From the NCBI GenBank assembly GCA_951406725.2, contig OX597829.1:6944001-7008000 (forward strand): a stretch of DNA of 64,000 nucleotides, given 5' to 3'. The notes under the pieces were generated by a model that was not told the origin of the DNA, searched no databases, and was given only the letters and a program-made list of their open reading frames with translations. Every line of letters starts with the position of its first letter. Position 1 is the first letter of the stretch. This stretch comes from Octopus vulgaris. Its lineage: Eukaryota. Positions 44,598-59,659 of the stretch are shown piece by piece. The position numbers were made by a program, and so were the translations under genes.

Positions 44598-45485
44598 GAT
44601 AGGTAGATGGATAGATGGATAGATAGATTGATATATGTATTTATATAGATAGAGAGAGAGGGAGAAACAGACAGACAGACAGCGATAGACAGGCAGACCG
44701 ATTTCTGGCTGTTTGTGAGAGATAGAAAGATTGCAGGACAAGTGGGGAAGACGGCTTCCTGTTTGAAGTTAGCTCGTTGAAAATTTGGTTGATTGGTTAA
44801 TTTATTTGGCTGTTTAACTGTTCACTTGCTTGTTCAGGTTGATGGTTGGTAGATTTATTGCTTGATTGGCTATTTGATTGGCAGATTGGTTTTTGGTTGA
44901 TTAAATGGTCAGATAGACTGATTTCTTGCTTGATTGCTTTGTCAGGTTGTTGGCTGGTTGGCTGGTTGGCTGGTTGGTTGATTGGATCTCAGAGTAATTT
45001 CATGATTGATTAATAACTTGATTGAATAGCTGATTGGAGGGCTGCTTGGTTGATCGATTAATATGTTGATTGGTTCGTCGTCTAGTTGTTTATCAAATAA
45101 GTTTGTTGGTTCATCACTGACGTGGGTGATATGGTGTTGTTGCCTAGATTTCATGCAGTACAGTCCTATACAATGCGAATCGAATGCTCTGCAGTGTGAC
45201 CATCTGAAAGTACTCTCTTCCTGTCAACATCAGATTTTATTTCTGCATGATTAGACTTGGTAGAAGCCATGGCAGAGGCAGTTAGTGAGGACTGAGTGGG
45301 AGCATAACAATTACCGTAGTACCTATCAAATGTGGGGAAAGCAGACCGTTATAACAGCATGTTACTTTACCCAAGTACGTACCCTAAATTTTTCATCATT
45401 TAACAAGCAATTCAGCCGTGATTTTGGAATATATAAAAAAAATTTTTTCTCTGATATAATATAGTTCAAACTTGGTTATCTAGAA

Positions 45486-45672
45486 CAGTGCACCGCAATC
45501 TTTTTTAACTTGCGGTACACTTATATTTCTGTTCAAAATTCGGCGGTACACCTGAACTAAAGATATAACTAAAAGTATAGGGGAAAAAATTATATTCAAG
45601 TCACACCTCAGCACACATAACATCGTCTCGTGGCAGACCAGTGTTCCGCAGCATAGCGGTTGCGGTGCACTG
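45486..45672. mobile_element. hAT (Charlie-like) MITE
   Basis: Perfect 13-bp TIR CAGTGCACCGCAA/TTGCGGTGCACTG; 8-bp TSD atctagaa/atctagta (NTCTAGAN-like). Confidence 0.85.
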
Positions 45673-48289
45673 ATCTAGTATATTAATCCAAAGAAGATGT
45701 CGTCAAAATACCACTGGAAGATTTGACTGCTATTTGAAGCAGGATAAGTAGCAACACAGTTTCCTTCATTGGCGCGTATTCAGTTGTTTGCTTACTTCCT
45801 TGGGTTGATGGTTGATCATTGGAACTGACTGTAATATATCATATTGGTGTGACTTGTTTATCCAGTTCTCTAGTGAAAGGTAATTTGTATTGTTGTTGTT
45901 GTTGTTGATTATTGTAACGGAGGCGGTGGTGAAGTTAGTGATTATGGTGATGATGTTTAAGTTGTTGCAGCTTATTTGTATGTATTTCATGAGCAAAATG
46001 TAAACCCTTTTGAACCTTGTCTTGCTTGTTTAAGCCTTTTATAGTTCATTTATAGTTCTGTAGGACTATATTAAGCAAGACATCGATTCTTTTTTAAATA
46101 GTAAGATTTAATTTCAGGTAGATTTCGTTACTAATATTAGCAGGTTGAATGACCGCATTTGTAAAAATTCTCTCGTAGCATCTTGGAGTTGGTGTAATTG
46201 GATGATTGGCTAGTAGAGTTAATCGGTGAGGGTTGAATAATGGAGTTATTTGGTCTGCTAGTAACTAGCTAATTATCTGGTTGGTTGAGTTGTTGGTAGA
46301 ATAGTTACTTGTTTGTCAGGTTTGGTGGTGGGTGAAATACACGTTTTATTTAGCTTCACTATTCTGTAGTTATTTCGTTTACTGCTGCTTCAATCATTTA
46401 CTCCACGTAATTGGTTTTCCTGTTGCAGCCGATTGCTATCGCACATTTTGTATGTATCTATGTGAGGGTGTGTCTAATACAAATACACAGACACGCACGC
46501 GCGCGCGCACGCTTCATGGCACCTTGGGCAAGTGTCATCTACTATAGCCTCGGGCCGACCAAAACCTTGTGAATGGATTTGCTAGACGGGAGAAGCCTGA
46601 TGTATATGGGTGTATGTGCGTGTGTGTATATACGTATGTGCGTGTCCCTATGTGTTTATACAGCACCGGTAATTGATAACCGGTGTTGGCGTGTTTATGT
46701 CCTCGTGACCTAGCTGTTCAGCAAAAGAGATAGACAGAATAAGCACCAGGCTTCGAAAAGAAATTATACGAAGTGACCCATGTACTTATGCTTTTTAAGG
46801 TTGGGACTATCGACTTTTTTGTCGAATCGCTAAGTTACAGAAACATAAATAGCAACTGGTGAGTGAGAAACGCAGACACAAAGACACAAACGCACAACAC
46901 ACACAAATACATACCTATATAAGCACATACACACACACACACGCGCCGCGCGCGTGTGTGTGTGTGTGTGTGCATATCGAGAGAGGTTAACGATATAGTT
47001 TGACATATAGATAGATAGAAAGCATGACACGCAGTTTGATAGGTAGGTAGGTAGGTGGGTGGGCAGGTAAGTAGGTAGGTAGGTGTGTGGGTGGGCAGGT
47101 AAGTAGGTTGGTAGGTATGTAGTTAGGTAGGTGGGCTTGTAGGTAGCTCTGTAGTTACAATCTCTTGTAAGTTTTCGACAAACACAATTTGTTGTTCATG
47201 TTTCACTGGCTAGGATTGTGGGATAGGATTTTGCTTCTTCTTTCCTTCCTTCTCTTGATTTGCATCTGTATCTAGGAAACCTAAGAGAGAGAAGAGGATT
47301 CGCTAGGCTGACTTCCTTTTCACACATTACATCAAGGAAAGTTCTTTCAGTGTTAACGCAACCATCCATTAATGGTTTCAAAACATTCTGCAGTAAACAA
47401 TGTTATTCTTGCTTTATATATTCCCTAAATGCTTCTATCGTTGTACTTTCGATGATGTTTTTCTACCTTCATATTCCATTTCTGAAATTCTTTCCACTTA
47501 TTGTTTTGGTTAGGAAAGATTACATCTATAATTTTAACGGGAGACATTGCTATCTGTTTTTACCTTTAATTACTTTCTTTATGAATGCACTGGAGAAGGA
47601 CGTGAATCTCAACTTATCTACTGCATCCCCCGCAAAAAAATCGTACTTCGTAACTGAATAAAAGTAATCTCTATTGATAAGGAAATACCATGATCTTCAA
47701 AGTGACCATCGTATGCCTGAATTAGTCTACGAAATGCGAGTTGAACAGAAATAGATAGATATGTTGTAGCTCTTGTAGAACTAATGTAGTCTATTCTATC
47801 GGCAACGCAGTTCCTTTAGGGATGTTCGATTGATTCTAGAAACAAAAGGTGTACTTACAATATGCAAACAGTTGTTATATTAATGAAAGGTGATTACTTT
47901 TTGTAAAATAGTGAAAGTGGGACCTCGTAATACATCTGAATACATACATTTTCATATATGGAAAACTACCCTTTTTTTTTTAAGACATAATGAGTTAAAA
48001 ACAAGATTGTGTTTTTCTCGGTTTCTAAACTTTTCACTGACATATTTAGAAAACATTGGTGATGGAAATTTACTGTTCCAAAAAGTGAACGGGCGTTATA
48101 TAAAAATATCCTTTTTATTTATTTGTTTTGTTAAAATATGTGAATGTTTCATACATATATTTATATAGATATGCTTATGTACGCATTCATTTATGTATGT
48201 ACGTGTATCTATGTGAGTGTGTATATACACACTTACAAACATATATCTACGATTGTATATATGTATGTATATAGATGTGTATGTTTTAC

Positions 48290-48353
<64 letters not shown>

Positions 48354-49570
48354 GGAAAGAGAGAGAGAGACAGACAGAGAGAGATAGTCAGAGAGTCTGA
48401 AGCAGCTCGACAAACAGAGTGAACTACATGGTGCATGTCTGAAGCCATATCATTCTTCCTCTGGTCTCGTTCGTTAGCAATTTTAGCTAAGGTAAAATAA
48501 GTTCTGTTTCAGATGTATAAGAATAAAAGCACAACTAACACGAAAGTAATATTGATCAATAACAGTCTTTTGAAATTATTCGTAATATTATGACTTCATT
48601 ATTATCGCCCACTGTAGTTAGCAGAATTGCTACCGCTGTTTAACCTCTGCAGCAGCCCAGATTAAACTTAATGATTAAAAGACATTCCACGTTTGATCAT
48701 ATGGCATTTACCATGGAACTATGTTATATAATTTTTGGTTTTTGTTTAAACATAACAGAGTGTGATTTGAGGAAATCTGGTTACTATTTTTACTATTTCA
48801 ATCTAACATGCAGATGCTTGTCATTGGCCCGTTCTCCTACAATTACACAGGTAAGTTCTCATTTGTGCTGAAGTGCCTAATCTAACAGTTAGCCTGCTGG
48901 ACTCATGACGCCAGCCCATTAAACTGAAAATGGTTTACGACTACTGCGGATTGGCGCCTTATTAACTATAGTCAAAGGCAAGACATCAAAGTCCGTTGAA
49001 ATTTTACTGCACAGTGGCTGATTATGATGTTTTCTTTCATATTTGTGCCAAATATTGATTTTACTTAACTTGGGTGATTGTCAGAGAATGTATTTAATGA
49101 ATATAAATGATTGAAATACTCTCAGCATATTACCAATATCAAAAGGTAAGGAAAAGTTATGCCTTTAAAAAACAGAAATGCTTGTTTATCACGTGGAACA
49201 GAAGACTAGTTGTTTCTTAGAACTTCGCACATACAGGTATATTTCAATGAATTTAAGATATGGGCTTTTAGCTTTTAGCTTCAAGCCACAAGTAACAACA
49301 GAGTGAAGCAGAGCAAAGATCTGGATGGCAATGTCTTGAAGAACGGTTCCAATTGTAGATAAGTGAACTGAAATGACTCGACTGGAAATTTCTCATTGTA
49401 GCCAGTTACTCAAGAATTTTCAATTGTGGACATGACTCTATTCACTCGATTACACATACATGTATATATATATATATATGCATATATATATATACATATA
49501 TATGTACATATATATATGTAAGTATATGTATATATGCATACATATATATATGTATGTATGTATATATATA

Positions 49571-49689
<119 letters not shown>

Positions 49690-50477
49690 GTGTGTGTGTT
49701 TACATATTTATATACATGGATACATAATACACATTAATCAATAAATAATGGCATTTAAATATTGGGTTGAAAAAAACCTTTTGGATGGAGAAAAGACAAA
49801 ACTGCCTGTGGGAAACGAACACACATTTCATGTAGATATGACAAGTATTCTAACTATTGGACCAAACAAATCTGTCGTGTTTCTCTATCCATTTTATAAA
49901 CTTTATTTTAAGTAATATTGACATGCTTTATAGCTTCAGGTGTGCTTTGAGAGTCACTGTTCCCAAAAAATGTGTGGGCGTGTGTGGGCGCACGTGTCTG
50001 TGTGTGTGTGCGTGTGTTTGTATACATATATGTTTTCTAGTTTTACTTTCTATATCTTTATCTATTGTTACACACACACACGCACATACACACACATACG
50101 GTTGCACTCACATATACATACATACATGCATGCATACATACACACACATACATACATACACACATACATACATACATACATACACACACACACATACATA
50201 CATACATACATACATGCATGCATGCATGCATGCATGCATGCATGCATACACACACACACACATACATACATACATACATACATACATACATACATGCATG
50301 CATGCATACATACACACACACACACATACATACATACATACATCCATACATACATACATACATACTGCAATATATTTTAACTGAGATCATAAACCAGCTG
50401 TTCCACATGTTCATTAATGATGATAAACCTATATTAAAAATGAAACCGATATGGTATTATTGAATTTTGAAATAGAA

Positions 50478-50712
50478 TATATTTCTTTACTATCCACAAG
50501 GGTCTAAAAACAGAGGGAACAAACAAGGACAGACTAAGGGATTAAATCTATTACATCGACCCCAGTGCGTAACTGGTACTTAATTTATCGACCCCGAAAG
50601 GATGAAAGGCAAAGTCGGCCTCGGCGGAATTTGAACTCAAAACGTAATGGCAGGCGAAATAGCGCTAAACATTTCGCCCGGAGTGCTAACGTTTCTGCCA
50701 GCTCGCCGCCTT
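50478..50712 (-). mobile_element. SINE family B
   Basis: Full reverse copy ending ctgccagctcgccgcctt. Confidence 0.88.
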
Positions 50713-50759
50713 ACGATTTTGAAGCAGTATAATTTCATTGTGAAAGCATGAGCTCCGAT

Positions 50760-50985
50760 TAGTCTTTAAGTGGCTACAAACTTGAATGATCCACGATGTC
50801 TAAATGAACTGGTCCAAGTTAAAGAACACTGCAACAGTATTGCTAACCTCTGATAATGTTAAACAGCTCAAAGAACTCGACTGTATTTTAAAAATCGCCC
50901 GTAAAAGTATACGCTTGCGACACCTATATTACAATCAGTGGAAGCATGTTGGGTATATATCGTGGAGGTGTGCAGATCTTCTGGA
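50760..50985 (+). pseudogene. Possible mariner transposase N-terminal remnant
   Basis: Fragments such as DPR, DNVKQLKEL and MLGIYRGGVQIF loosely resemble the mariner HTH region; heavily decayed. Confidence 0.3.
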
Positions 50986-51099
50986 CAATACATACATGCA
51001 CACACAGACGTACACACAGATGCACATGCACGCGAGCACTCGCGCACACACGTATATACAATGTATGTATATATTATAAATTAACATACCTATGCAGTA

Positions 51100-51511
51100 G
51101 GCGCAGTAGTGGATGTGTGGTAAGTAGCTTGCTAACCAACCACATGGTTCTGGGTTCAGTCCCACTGCGTGGCATTTTGGGCAAGTGTCTTCTGCTATAG
51201 CCCCGGGCCAACCAATGCCTTGTGAGTGGATTTGGTAGACGGAAACTAAAAGAAGCCCGTCGTATATATGTATATATATATGTATGTGTGTGTGTTTGTG
51301 TGTCTGTGTTTGTTCCCCTAGCATTGCTTGACAACCAATGCTGGTGTGTTTACGTCCCCGTTACATAGCGGTTCGGCAAAAAGAGACCGATAGAATAAGT
51401 ACTGGGCTTAGAAAAAGAATAAGTCCCGGGGTCGATTTGCTCGACTAAAGGCGGTGCTCCAGCATGGCCGCAGTCAAATGACTGAAACAAGTAAAAGAGT
51501 AAAAAGAGAGT
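51100..51511 (+). mobile_element. SINE family A, full length
   Basis: Matches the 6603 and 37930 copies end to end. Confidence 0.9.
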
Positions 51512-51864
51512 ATGCATATATATATATAGTAATATATGTATGAATATATATACATATATACACACATTCATATATGCCTGCACACACACACATACACAAA
51601 TATCTTTCATATTATGATCATTGCGTCAATGCTATTCTTTGTTAACTTCCGGCCGACACAAGCCTATGATCAAAGGTATATAGGCGTTGACCATCTTGAT
51701 TTGTTCCAATGCACCAGAAACCCATGATGGCAATATTAAACGTGAACTTTTTATCATAAGACTGCAAGATATGACATGAGGAAAATTTAGTTGCTACTTC
51801 TTGATGGCCTAGTCATATCCTCGTCACCCCTTTGTATTATAGCTATGATAGATGCTGAAGTGAG

Positions 51865-51918
<54 letters not shown>

Positions 51919-52564
51919 ATATTGGGTATTCCTAAGTGATGTGTCATATGGTAAGTTTTATGACGAATTATTTTAGTCATGACTTCAAATTTCTATCAGT
52001 CTTATAGATTTTAATATAATCACCAATATGTAAATTATTCTCATTGTCCCAGAAACGCTCGTTCTCATTCTCATTGTTCCTCTTCAGCCTTGCACTTACA
52101 CACTAACAGAATCTTTTCACTTCTATCTCCCATTCTCCCCCTCTTCGTTTTCCCCTCTCTTCCCATCTCCCCTTGTCGTTCTCTTAGTTTCTGCATAACT
52201 TGTCTCATTAAGTTTCACATAATCATATCGTTCTCTTCCTAATCCTCTCCCTTCCTGTCAGTCTTGCAACCTATCAGTTGCCTCCTTCTTTCTCTCATTA
52301 TCACTTACTTCTCTCAAACCCAATTTCGTTTTCTCTATTCCCTCTTCTTTTCTACTTTCTCTTACATTATCCTACTCTTACTTTTATTCACCCACGCTCA
52401 TTTCTCTCTCTGTCTTTTCCTTTATAGTCATTTTCATCTCTATTACAAATATAAATCAGGATTTTCTGCGTCCCTATCTTGAAACTCTGACTCACTTTGA
52501 TTCCCACCCTAGTCTTCTAATGCTCCGTTTCACAATCACTTTCTCCCTACCTTTACATTTTGAT

Positions 52565-52624
<60 letters not shown>

Positions 52625-52710
52625 AACGTTTTCTTCATTTCTTAAATTCTCCTGCTTTTTCTTTCATATTGCTAACGTCTTCTTTCCCCAACATCCCAAC
52701 ATTCTCCATT

Positions 52711-52749
<39 letters not shown>

Positions 52750-52877
52750 ATGTCGTCAAATCTACTCACGTGCATCTATTTTGACTGTTAGAAATTAATG
52801 GTTCGCTTCCTGTGCAATAGTGTAAAGTTATTGTAACATTCACTGGGTTTAGCTATACTCACACACTAACACACGTA

Positions 52878-52923
<46 letters not shown>

Positions 52924-55000
52924 AACACACCAATACATACACACACTGCTACATATACTTGTTCCCACGTAGAGACACACACTAACACACATAGCCTTAC
53001 ATATTCGAAGCGCTTTATGAAACGGTGAGTTTTAAAACACAAATATGGAGAAAAAAATAAAATAAAAATCAAAAATCAAAGAGACTATTCTAGCAAAAGG
53101 GAATGGAACTTAAACAATAAATCAACGACTAGAGAGTGCGCTTTTAGGCATTAGGGACTGTGCTTTCTCTCGAATTGCATGTGGAATATTATTAGAAATA
53201 AGGGCATCCAGTCATAGAAATCATACCACAGTAGAGAGTAGAGTTTGGCACAGTCGTCTGGTTTGTATTAGCTAACTTTAGGGGTCGTCATTTGCTTTGG
53301 TGCAGTGTAACTAATTTTTGTCATGTAAAATAGACAAGTATGCACAGATTAATTCGGATGTTTAACTTAATCACTGAGAGAGACATGAGTACAACTGTTT
53401 TGTCCTTTTTACTTCTTTTCTTTTTACGATTCTGGAATCCTGCTTCTCTGTAACAGTTCCATCATAATCTGTGAGATATCATAGTGCTATCGACTCATGA
53501 GGAGCCTATGAGATTTCCAGCAAGAGAGTCGCTATACAATCGTTCGATCTGCTATAAATAGCAGCCAGAACTATCGGAATCACAAGACATCCTTTCTTTC
53601 CTTAATCAAAAGACAGAATACATTATATAATGAAGTCTCAGGTACACTTGTATCTGAAACACATCACTTACGGTGGGTAGAATGACTCTGGTTGTCGATA
53701 TGGAAGATTACTAGTGACCTAGAGTGAAACAACAGTAACTATCAATACAGCAGGAGCAAAAATAAAGAGCAACAACTAATTGTGCATATATATATATTAA
53801 CGCACAAGACGATGAGCACTTCACCGACATGAACGTGGTTCCCAGGGAGATTTAGCGTGATACAGAATGTGACAACGATGGCCCTTTGAATTAAAGGTAC
53901 AACTCATTTTTGCCACCTGAGTGTGGACTCGAGCAACATGGAATAAAGCGTCTTGCTCAAGGACACAATGCACCGCCGGGAATCGAACTCACGGCATTAA
54001 GATCATGAGCTGAATACACTAATTACTAAGCCACGCGTCTTCACCATATATATATGTATGTTTGTATATGTGTGTAAGTGTGGGTGTGTACCAATACATA
54101 CATACACCAGCACCGTAAGTATTACATTCAGTTTCCCGTCCCTATAATTATAAAAAGGTTAAGCCGACCTCTCATAACTTTCACTTGAACGCATGGCATT
54201 ACAGTTATATCAAATCACTGCGAATTCACATTACTTCTTTCTATTGAATCATCTAATCGTTATTAATAATACTGAATATTCATGGGGTTTTTCTCAGTTC
54301 TTTTTTTATAATAACTCATCCTAAATTATGTCAATTTACTTTTAAAATATCAGCGATGCAATTAATATGCAATATTAATTGAATCATTGTGATATATATG
54401 AAAAAAAAAAACCAGGAAAAGCAAGTAAAAACTAAGTATTTCACTCGAATTCTGTTTTCCGTATATATTTTTTTAAATTTCACTCTATGGAAGTATCATG
54501 ATAAAGTTTATCGCTTGAGTTGCTTAACTCGTTCATAATACGGACAATTTCTTTCTCTGTGTTTATCTTTCTAAAGCAAACTCTGCTTCTCACAGCAACA
54601 CTGTCATTGCACAATACTCCAAGAAATATTCTGAGCTAACCATGTAGCTACTATATGGGTGTTAGATTTAATACAGATAGAGAGAAATCTCCCTGAACTC
54701 AAACGTTTCTGTGTTTCAAAAAGGAAAAAGTCGGTGAGATATATTGGATTTGAAAAAGCATATGAGACAATAATGGCTAGAACACATTTAATCATCGGTC
54801 AACTAAATCATGGCAAATCTGGAGCTAAAATACATGAAATGCGGTGGCAAACGAGGAGTTTACCTGTCACTTGTTTAAGTATTTGTAGGTTAAGATATAA
54901 AACCACATTTCTTCTCATTATCTCCCTTTTCCTTCCTTCTTTTTGTGTGTGTGTGTGCGCGCGTGCGGTGAAGACAACTGGTTTATATATATATATAATT

Positions 55001-55083
<83 letters not shown>

Positions 55084-55086
<3 letters not shown>

Positions 55087-55314
55087 CGAGCTGGCAGAAT
55101 CGTTAGCACGTCGAGCGAAATGCTTAGCGGTATTTCGGCTGCCGTTACGTTGTGAGTTCAAATTCCGCCGAGGTCGACTTTGCCTTTCATCCTTTCGGGG
55201 TCGATAAATTAAGTACCGGTTAAGCACTGGGGTCGATATAATCGACTTAATACCTATGTGTGTCCATGTTTGTCCCCTCTATGTTTAGCCCCTTGTGGGT
55301 AATAATGAAATAGG
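55084..55314 (+). mobile_element. SINE family B abutting a family C SINE
   Basis: ggcgagctggcagaatcgttagc...gagttcaaattcc (B box)...ccttgtgggtaataatgaaatagg, followed directly by a tRNA-like head. Confidence 0.88.
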
Positions 55315-56161
55315 TTTAGTGGTTAGTGTATTCGGCTCACGATGTTCAGGCCGTGAGTTCGATTCCCGGCGGTGTATTGTGTCCTTGAGTAAGATGCTTT
55401 ATTTCATGTTAATCCAGTCCAAACTCAGCTGACAAAAATGAGACATACTTATGATTCAAAGAGCCATCGTTGTCACATTCTGTGTCATCCTGAATCTCCC
55501 ACTCCGTGCATGGGTGCACGCGCGCTTCTTTCTTAACTTTTAACATTTTAAATATCTACTCATCACAGTAAAAGTTTAATAATCTGAGCTACTCCAGCTC
55601 AGTTCTTATAACAGAGAATCAGATAAACTTTCAATAATAACCCTTGTCAATGCATTTACATCGATTGGACTCACAACACTTCTAATGGAGCAATGCACAG
55701 CAGAAATAGTAGAGGGCAGGTAGAAAATCCTTTGCAAAATCTAGTTATAGCCTGTGCTACACTTATAGAGTACATCTGTTCTTTCATCTCTTCAGGGTTA
55801 ACAGCAGAACTACTGATAGTAGTTATGAGTGTAAGAGTCAAGTATTTCTGCTTTTGCACATACTCAATGACTAGTTATCTCATCCTAACATGATTTGTAA
55901 ATTGTATACATTATTGCAAAGATATGATTTTGAGATGTATACATTCCAAAACCTGAAATAATGCCTTTCACTCTTATTTCATAGCAATTCCACAGTTATT
56001 GTGATGTAAACGAAATTATATAAAGGCTTAGTATCATCTAACATATGTTTGGGCATTACCCATGTGTAATTCAATTTCAAGTATTACGTTGCGTCGAAAT
56101 AATTGGAGCGAATCATTAAGAATTGGCCAACCGTAATCATTCTTCATGACACCAATTCCTT

Positions 56162-56229
<68 letters not shown>

Positions 56230-56449
56230 ATAATATATATGTATGTATGTATCTATGTATTTATATATAGATACATATATATATATATATATTGTTATAT
56301 TTCGGAATGGTCATTTTGCCAGTTTAGCCAATAAAAACACACGCACTATATATTTGGTGTTATTTTGCTTCAGTGTTATTTTGCTTCAGTGTTATTTATT
56401 TTTTACATTAATCTTAATCTTATTTCGGCCAGAGTTCTTTCGTCACATA

Positions 56450-57089
56450 TAATTTATATCTAATGTAGGATAACATTTTTTTCGAAAAAAATTCTATCAA
56501 TGGCCAGCATATTAAAAAATACTTTTAAAGGTTAAATTATAAACACCTTATAAATAAGGGCATATTTGGCATTAGAAATTTTTTCGTTTGCCCTTATTTA
56601 TAAGTTGTTTATAATTTAACCTTTAAAGGTATTATTTAATATGCCGGCCATTGATAGAATTTCTTTTCCGAAAAAAATTTTATCCTACATTAGATATAAA
56701 TTTAATAGTGTTCACTTCCGAACTCTCCCACTCTGTGAGTGCCTCAGTTCAAATCGCATGTGTCTTGAATGGGCTGGAGTATATCTATTTTGGATTTATT
56801 TGGGGCACTTAGTTGTGCTCATGACTTCGTGTTTGCTTCTTCCATGGGTATGAGTAAGTATCTCATTTACCTCTTGGCCACATGTATCACTGACGAAGGG
56901 AGGGTTCTTTATGAACTAACCCTGAAATCGGTCCGATATGGTAATAATGGAATTTTTTAGAGATTTCTGTCGGCCTTTTTTCGAGTAGCGTGCGTACTGG
57001 GGAAAAAAATATATGGTAATGGACAATATGTCCAATTTTCAGCATATTTGGCATTAGAAATTTTTTCGTTTGCCCTTATTTATAAGTTG

Positions 57090-57090
<1 letters not shown>
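56450..57090 (+). mobile_element. Penelope-like pLTR / retrozyme-like element (482-bp unit with inverted 5' arm)
   Basis: gcatatttggcattag...ttataagttgt at 56560 and 57042; 56450-56561 inverted relative to 56589-56702; intact HHR. Confidence 0.8.
56885..56943 (+). ncRNA. Type-I hammerhead ribozyme candidate, intact core
   Basis: tatca-CTGACGA-AGGG ag GGTTC tttat GAACT aa CCCT-GAAA-tcg gtc cga-TA-tggta; all three stems pair; predicted cleavage after A56938. Confidence 0.8.
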
Positions 57091-57164
<74 letters not shown>

Positions 57165-57630
57165 ATGCATGTATATATATATATATATATATGTATGTAT
57201 ATCATTTTTTGTCAGACGAGTAGGCGGACCCCATGACCCGCTACAAGACCTCCGAGACTAGTAGGAGAGGAAGGATATAGAGAAGTATCCTTGAACTCGA
57301 AACAGGGCTCCCCTATGGCGCCCGTGGTGCCAGACAATGGTATTAGCGTGGATGTCAAGGGATGTCAATAACGCTGATAGGCCATGACATAATTTGATCT
57401 CAGAATACAAAGAGCCGTATAGAAAGGGCATCCGGTCCGACTCAAATATGTACACAAACACTCACACACACACACATACACACTCACACGCACACACACA
57501 TACATGTACACACACACACACACATAGGCACACAAGTACTATATAGATACAAGAGTATGTTGTTATGCATGTGTGTTTAGCCCCAGAAACCTCTGAAACC
57601 GAGCATCCTTGAGAAAAACAATGTTTCCGT

Positions 57631-57713
<83 letters not shown>

Positions 57714-57819
57714 CAACAACAACAATAATAATGAAAAAACAATAACAATAATAATAATAACAACCACAAGAAGAACAACAACAACAACAATAATAATAAT
57801 AATAGTAATAATAATAACT

Positions 57820-59030
57820 CCTTAGCAGTTCCAGTTGTTACTTATAGCTACAATGTGTTGAACTGGAATATGAGTGAAGTAAAGAATATAGATAGAAAAA
57901 TACGCAAGCTGCTGAGTTGTAATAGGATGCACCACCCAAAGGCAGACGTAGATCGCCTTTACCTTCCCAGAGCCCAAGGAGGTCGAGGCCTGATCCAATT
58001 TGAACTAGCTTACAAAACAACCACAATTGGACTGGCCAAATATCTCGAAATAACGAATGACTGGATGCACGAGCAATTGGCTGATAGGTGGGAGGAGAAA
58101 CCTCTGCACGGCAAATATGTGGCCCGTAACAAACAAGCTGATGTTGACCTGAAGCAAACCCATCAGTGGCTACGGAGCTCAGGGCTAAAAACAGAGAGCG
58201 AAGGTTTCATCCTGGCTGCTCAAGATCAAAGCCTATTAACCCGGAACTACCAGGCCAATGTGATGAAAAATGAAGCAGACCCAAAATGCCGATTCTGCAA
58301 CATGATTGAAACAGTGGACCACCTAATCTCTGGATGTAAAGTCTTAGCACCAGTGGAGTATAAATTAAGACATGACAGAGTTGGCCAATATCTACACTGG
58401 CTAATAAGTCGGCATTACAATATCAAAACTGCCGACAAGTGGTATAATCACCACCCTGAAGCTGTAACTGAAGGAGAAAATGTAACGATTCTGTGGGACT
58501 TTCCAGTACATACAGACCGAACCATCAAGGCCAATAAACCAGATATTGTTGTGAAAGACCAAAACAATAAAGTTTGCTTATTGGTCGACATGAGCATCCC
58601 CTGTGATCATAATATCTCGGCGAAAGAGTTTGACAAGCTCAGAAAATATAAAGACCTGCTCATTGAAATTGAGAAAATGTGGCATCTCAAGGCGGTTACA
58701 ATACCAGTGAATGTAGGAGCACTAGGAATGATCAAGAAGAGAACCGAAAATTATATGAGAATGATCCCTGGCTTACCATCCCTGCAAGAAGTGCAAAAGA
58801 TTGTCTTAACTGGTACATCACACGTATTGAGAAGAGCATTGTCGATGTGAGAACTATTACTACCCATGTATTTTAATTTAACTTAAAATTTTGTTTTTAA
58901 ATGAACGAACTAGTGAGTTTAGTTTAATGGCCTACCAATGTATACTATGAGTTCCTTTGCCCTAGGAGTCGGGAAGACACTCGGCAAGAAATGGAAGCAA
59001 ATTTGAAAGAAAAGGAAAAAAAAAGATAAC
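57820..59030 (+). mobile_element. R4/Dong-like non-LTR retrotransposon 3' part (REL endonuclease) inserted in (TAA)n
   Basis: ORF 57855-58850: HHPKADVDRLYLPRAQGGRGL, CCHC knuckle CRFC...HLISGC, RHD, KPDIV...D...KLRKY; TAA arrays on both sides. Confidence 0.88.
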
Positions 59031-59036
59031 AAAATG

Positions 59037-59079
<43 letters not shown>

Positions 59080-59659
59080 TAATAATAATAATAATAAAAT
59101 GCCCTGATGCAGTACCAGACAGTGGCTTCTTGGCTTCTGATTTTAACTGATTGGAAGTGTTATCATGTATAATATTTTGTCTTGGTATAAAAGATGGGCT
59201 ACAGCAAATGTTCTGCTCAATACCACAGATTTGCTTGTCAGTTGTTTGACAACCAGTTGACCATGTCATTGGTGATTGATATGTGCAACTCTGATCACGA
59301 GCAGAAGTAGTGGGGGAGCATTATAGACATTTGTTGACAGGAATTCTTTTGGGTTTGGATAATTCACCTCTGGTAACATGTGTGTTTCGTTCAACTATTA
59401 TTCAAGGACCTTTTGAGCGGGATGGGCTAGTAGACCCGAAGAAAATTTTAGCCTGCGAAATCAAGTGCTGTTAATCTTGATATGAGACCGCCATATCAAG
59501 CACATATGGTTGTGATGCATATGCCTGGTATAACCCTTATCAGACGTGTAGTCATGATGGGTATACTGGGCTTCGTATATTATACGCCAGTGTCACTTTG
59601 ATGGCATGCACTGTTCTCTCATTAATAAATTTATAAATTTTCGAAATTTATATAAAATT

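Noticed and set aside
54659-54850. RT-like motif YIGFEKAYET
   Set aside because: Isolated motif, too short to assign a family
57210-57250. CAGACGA followed by a GTAG..CTAC hairpin
   Set aside because: Both core segments deviate and there is no closing stem
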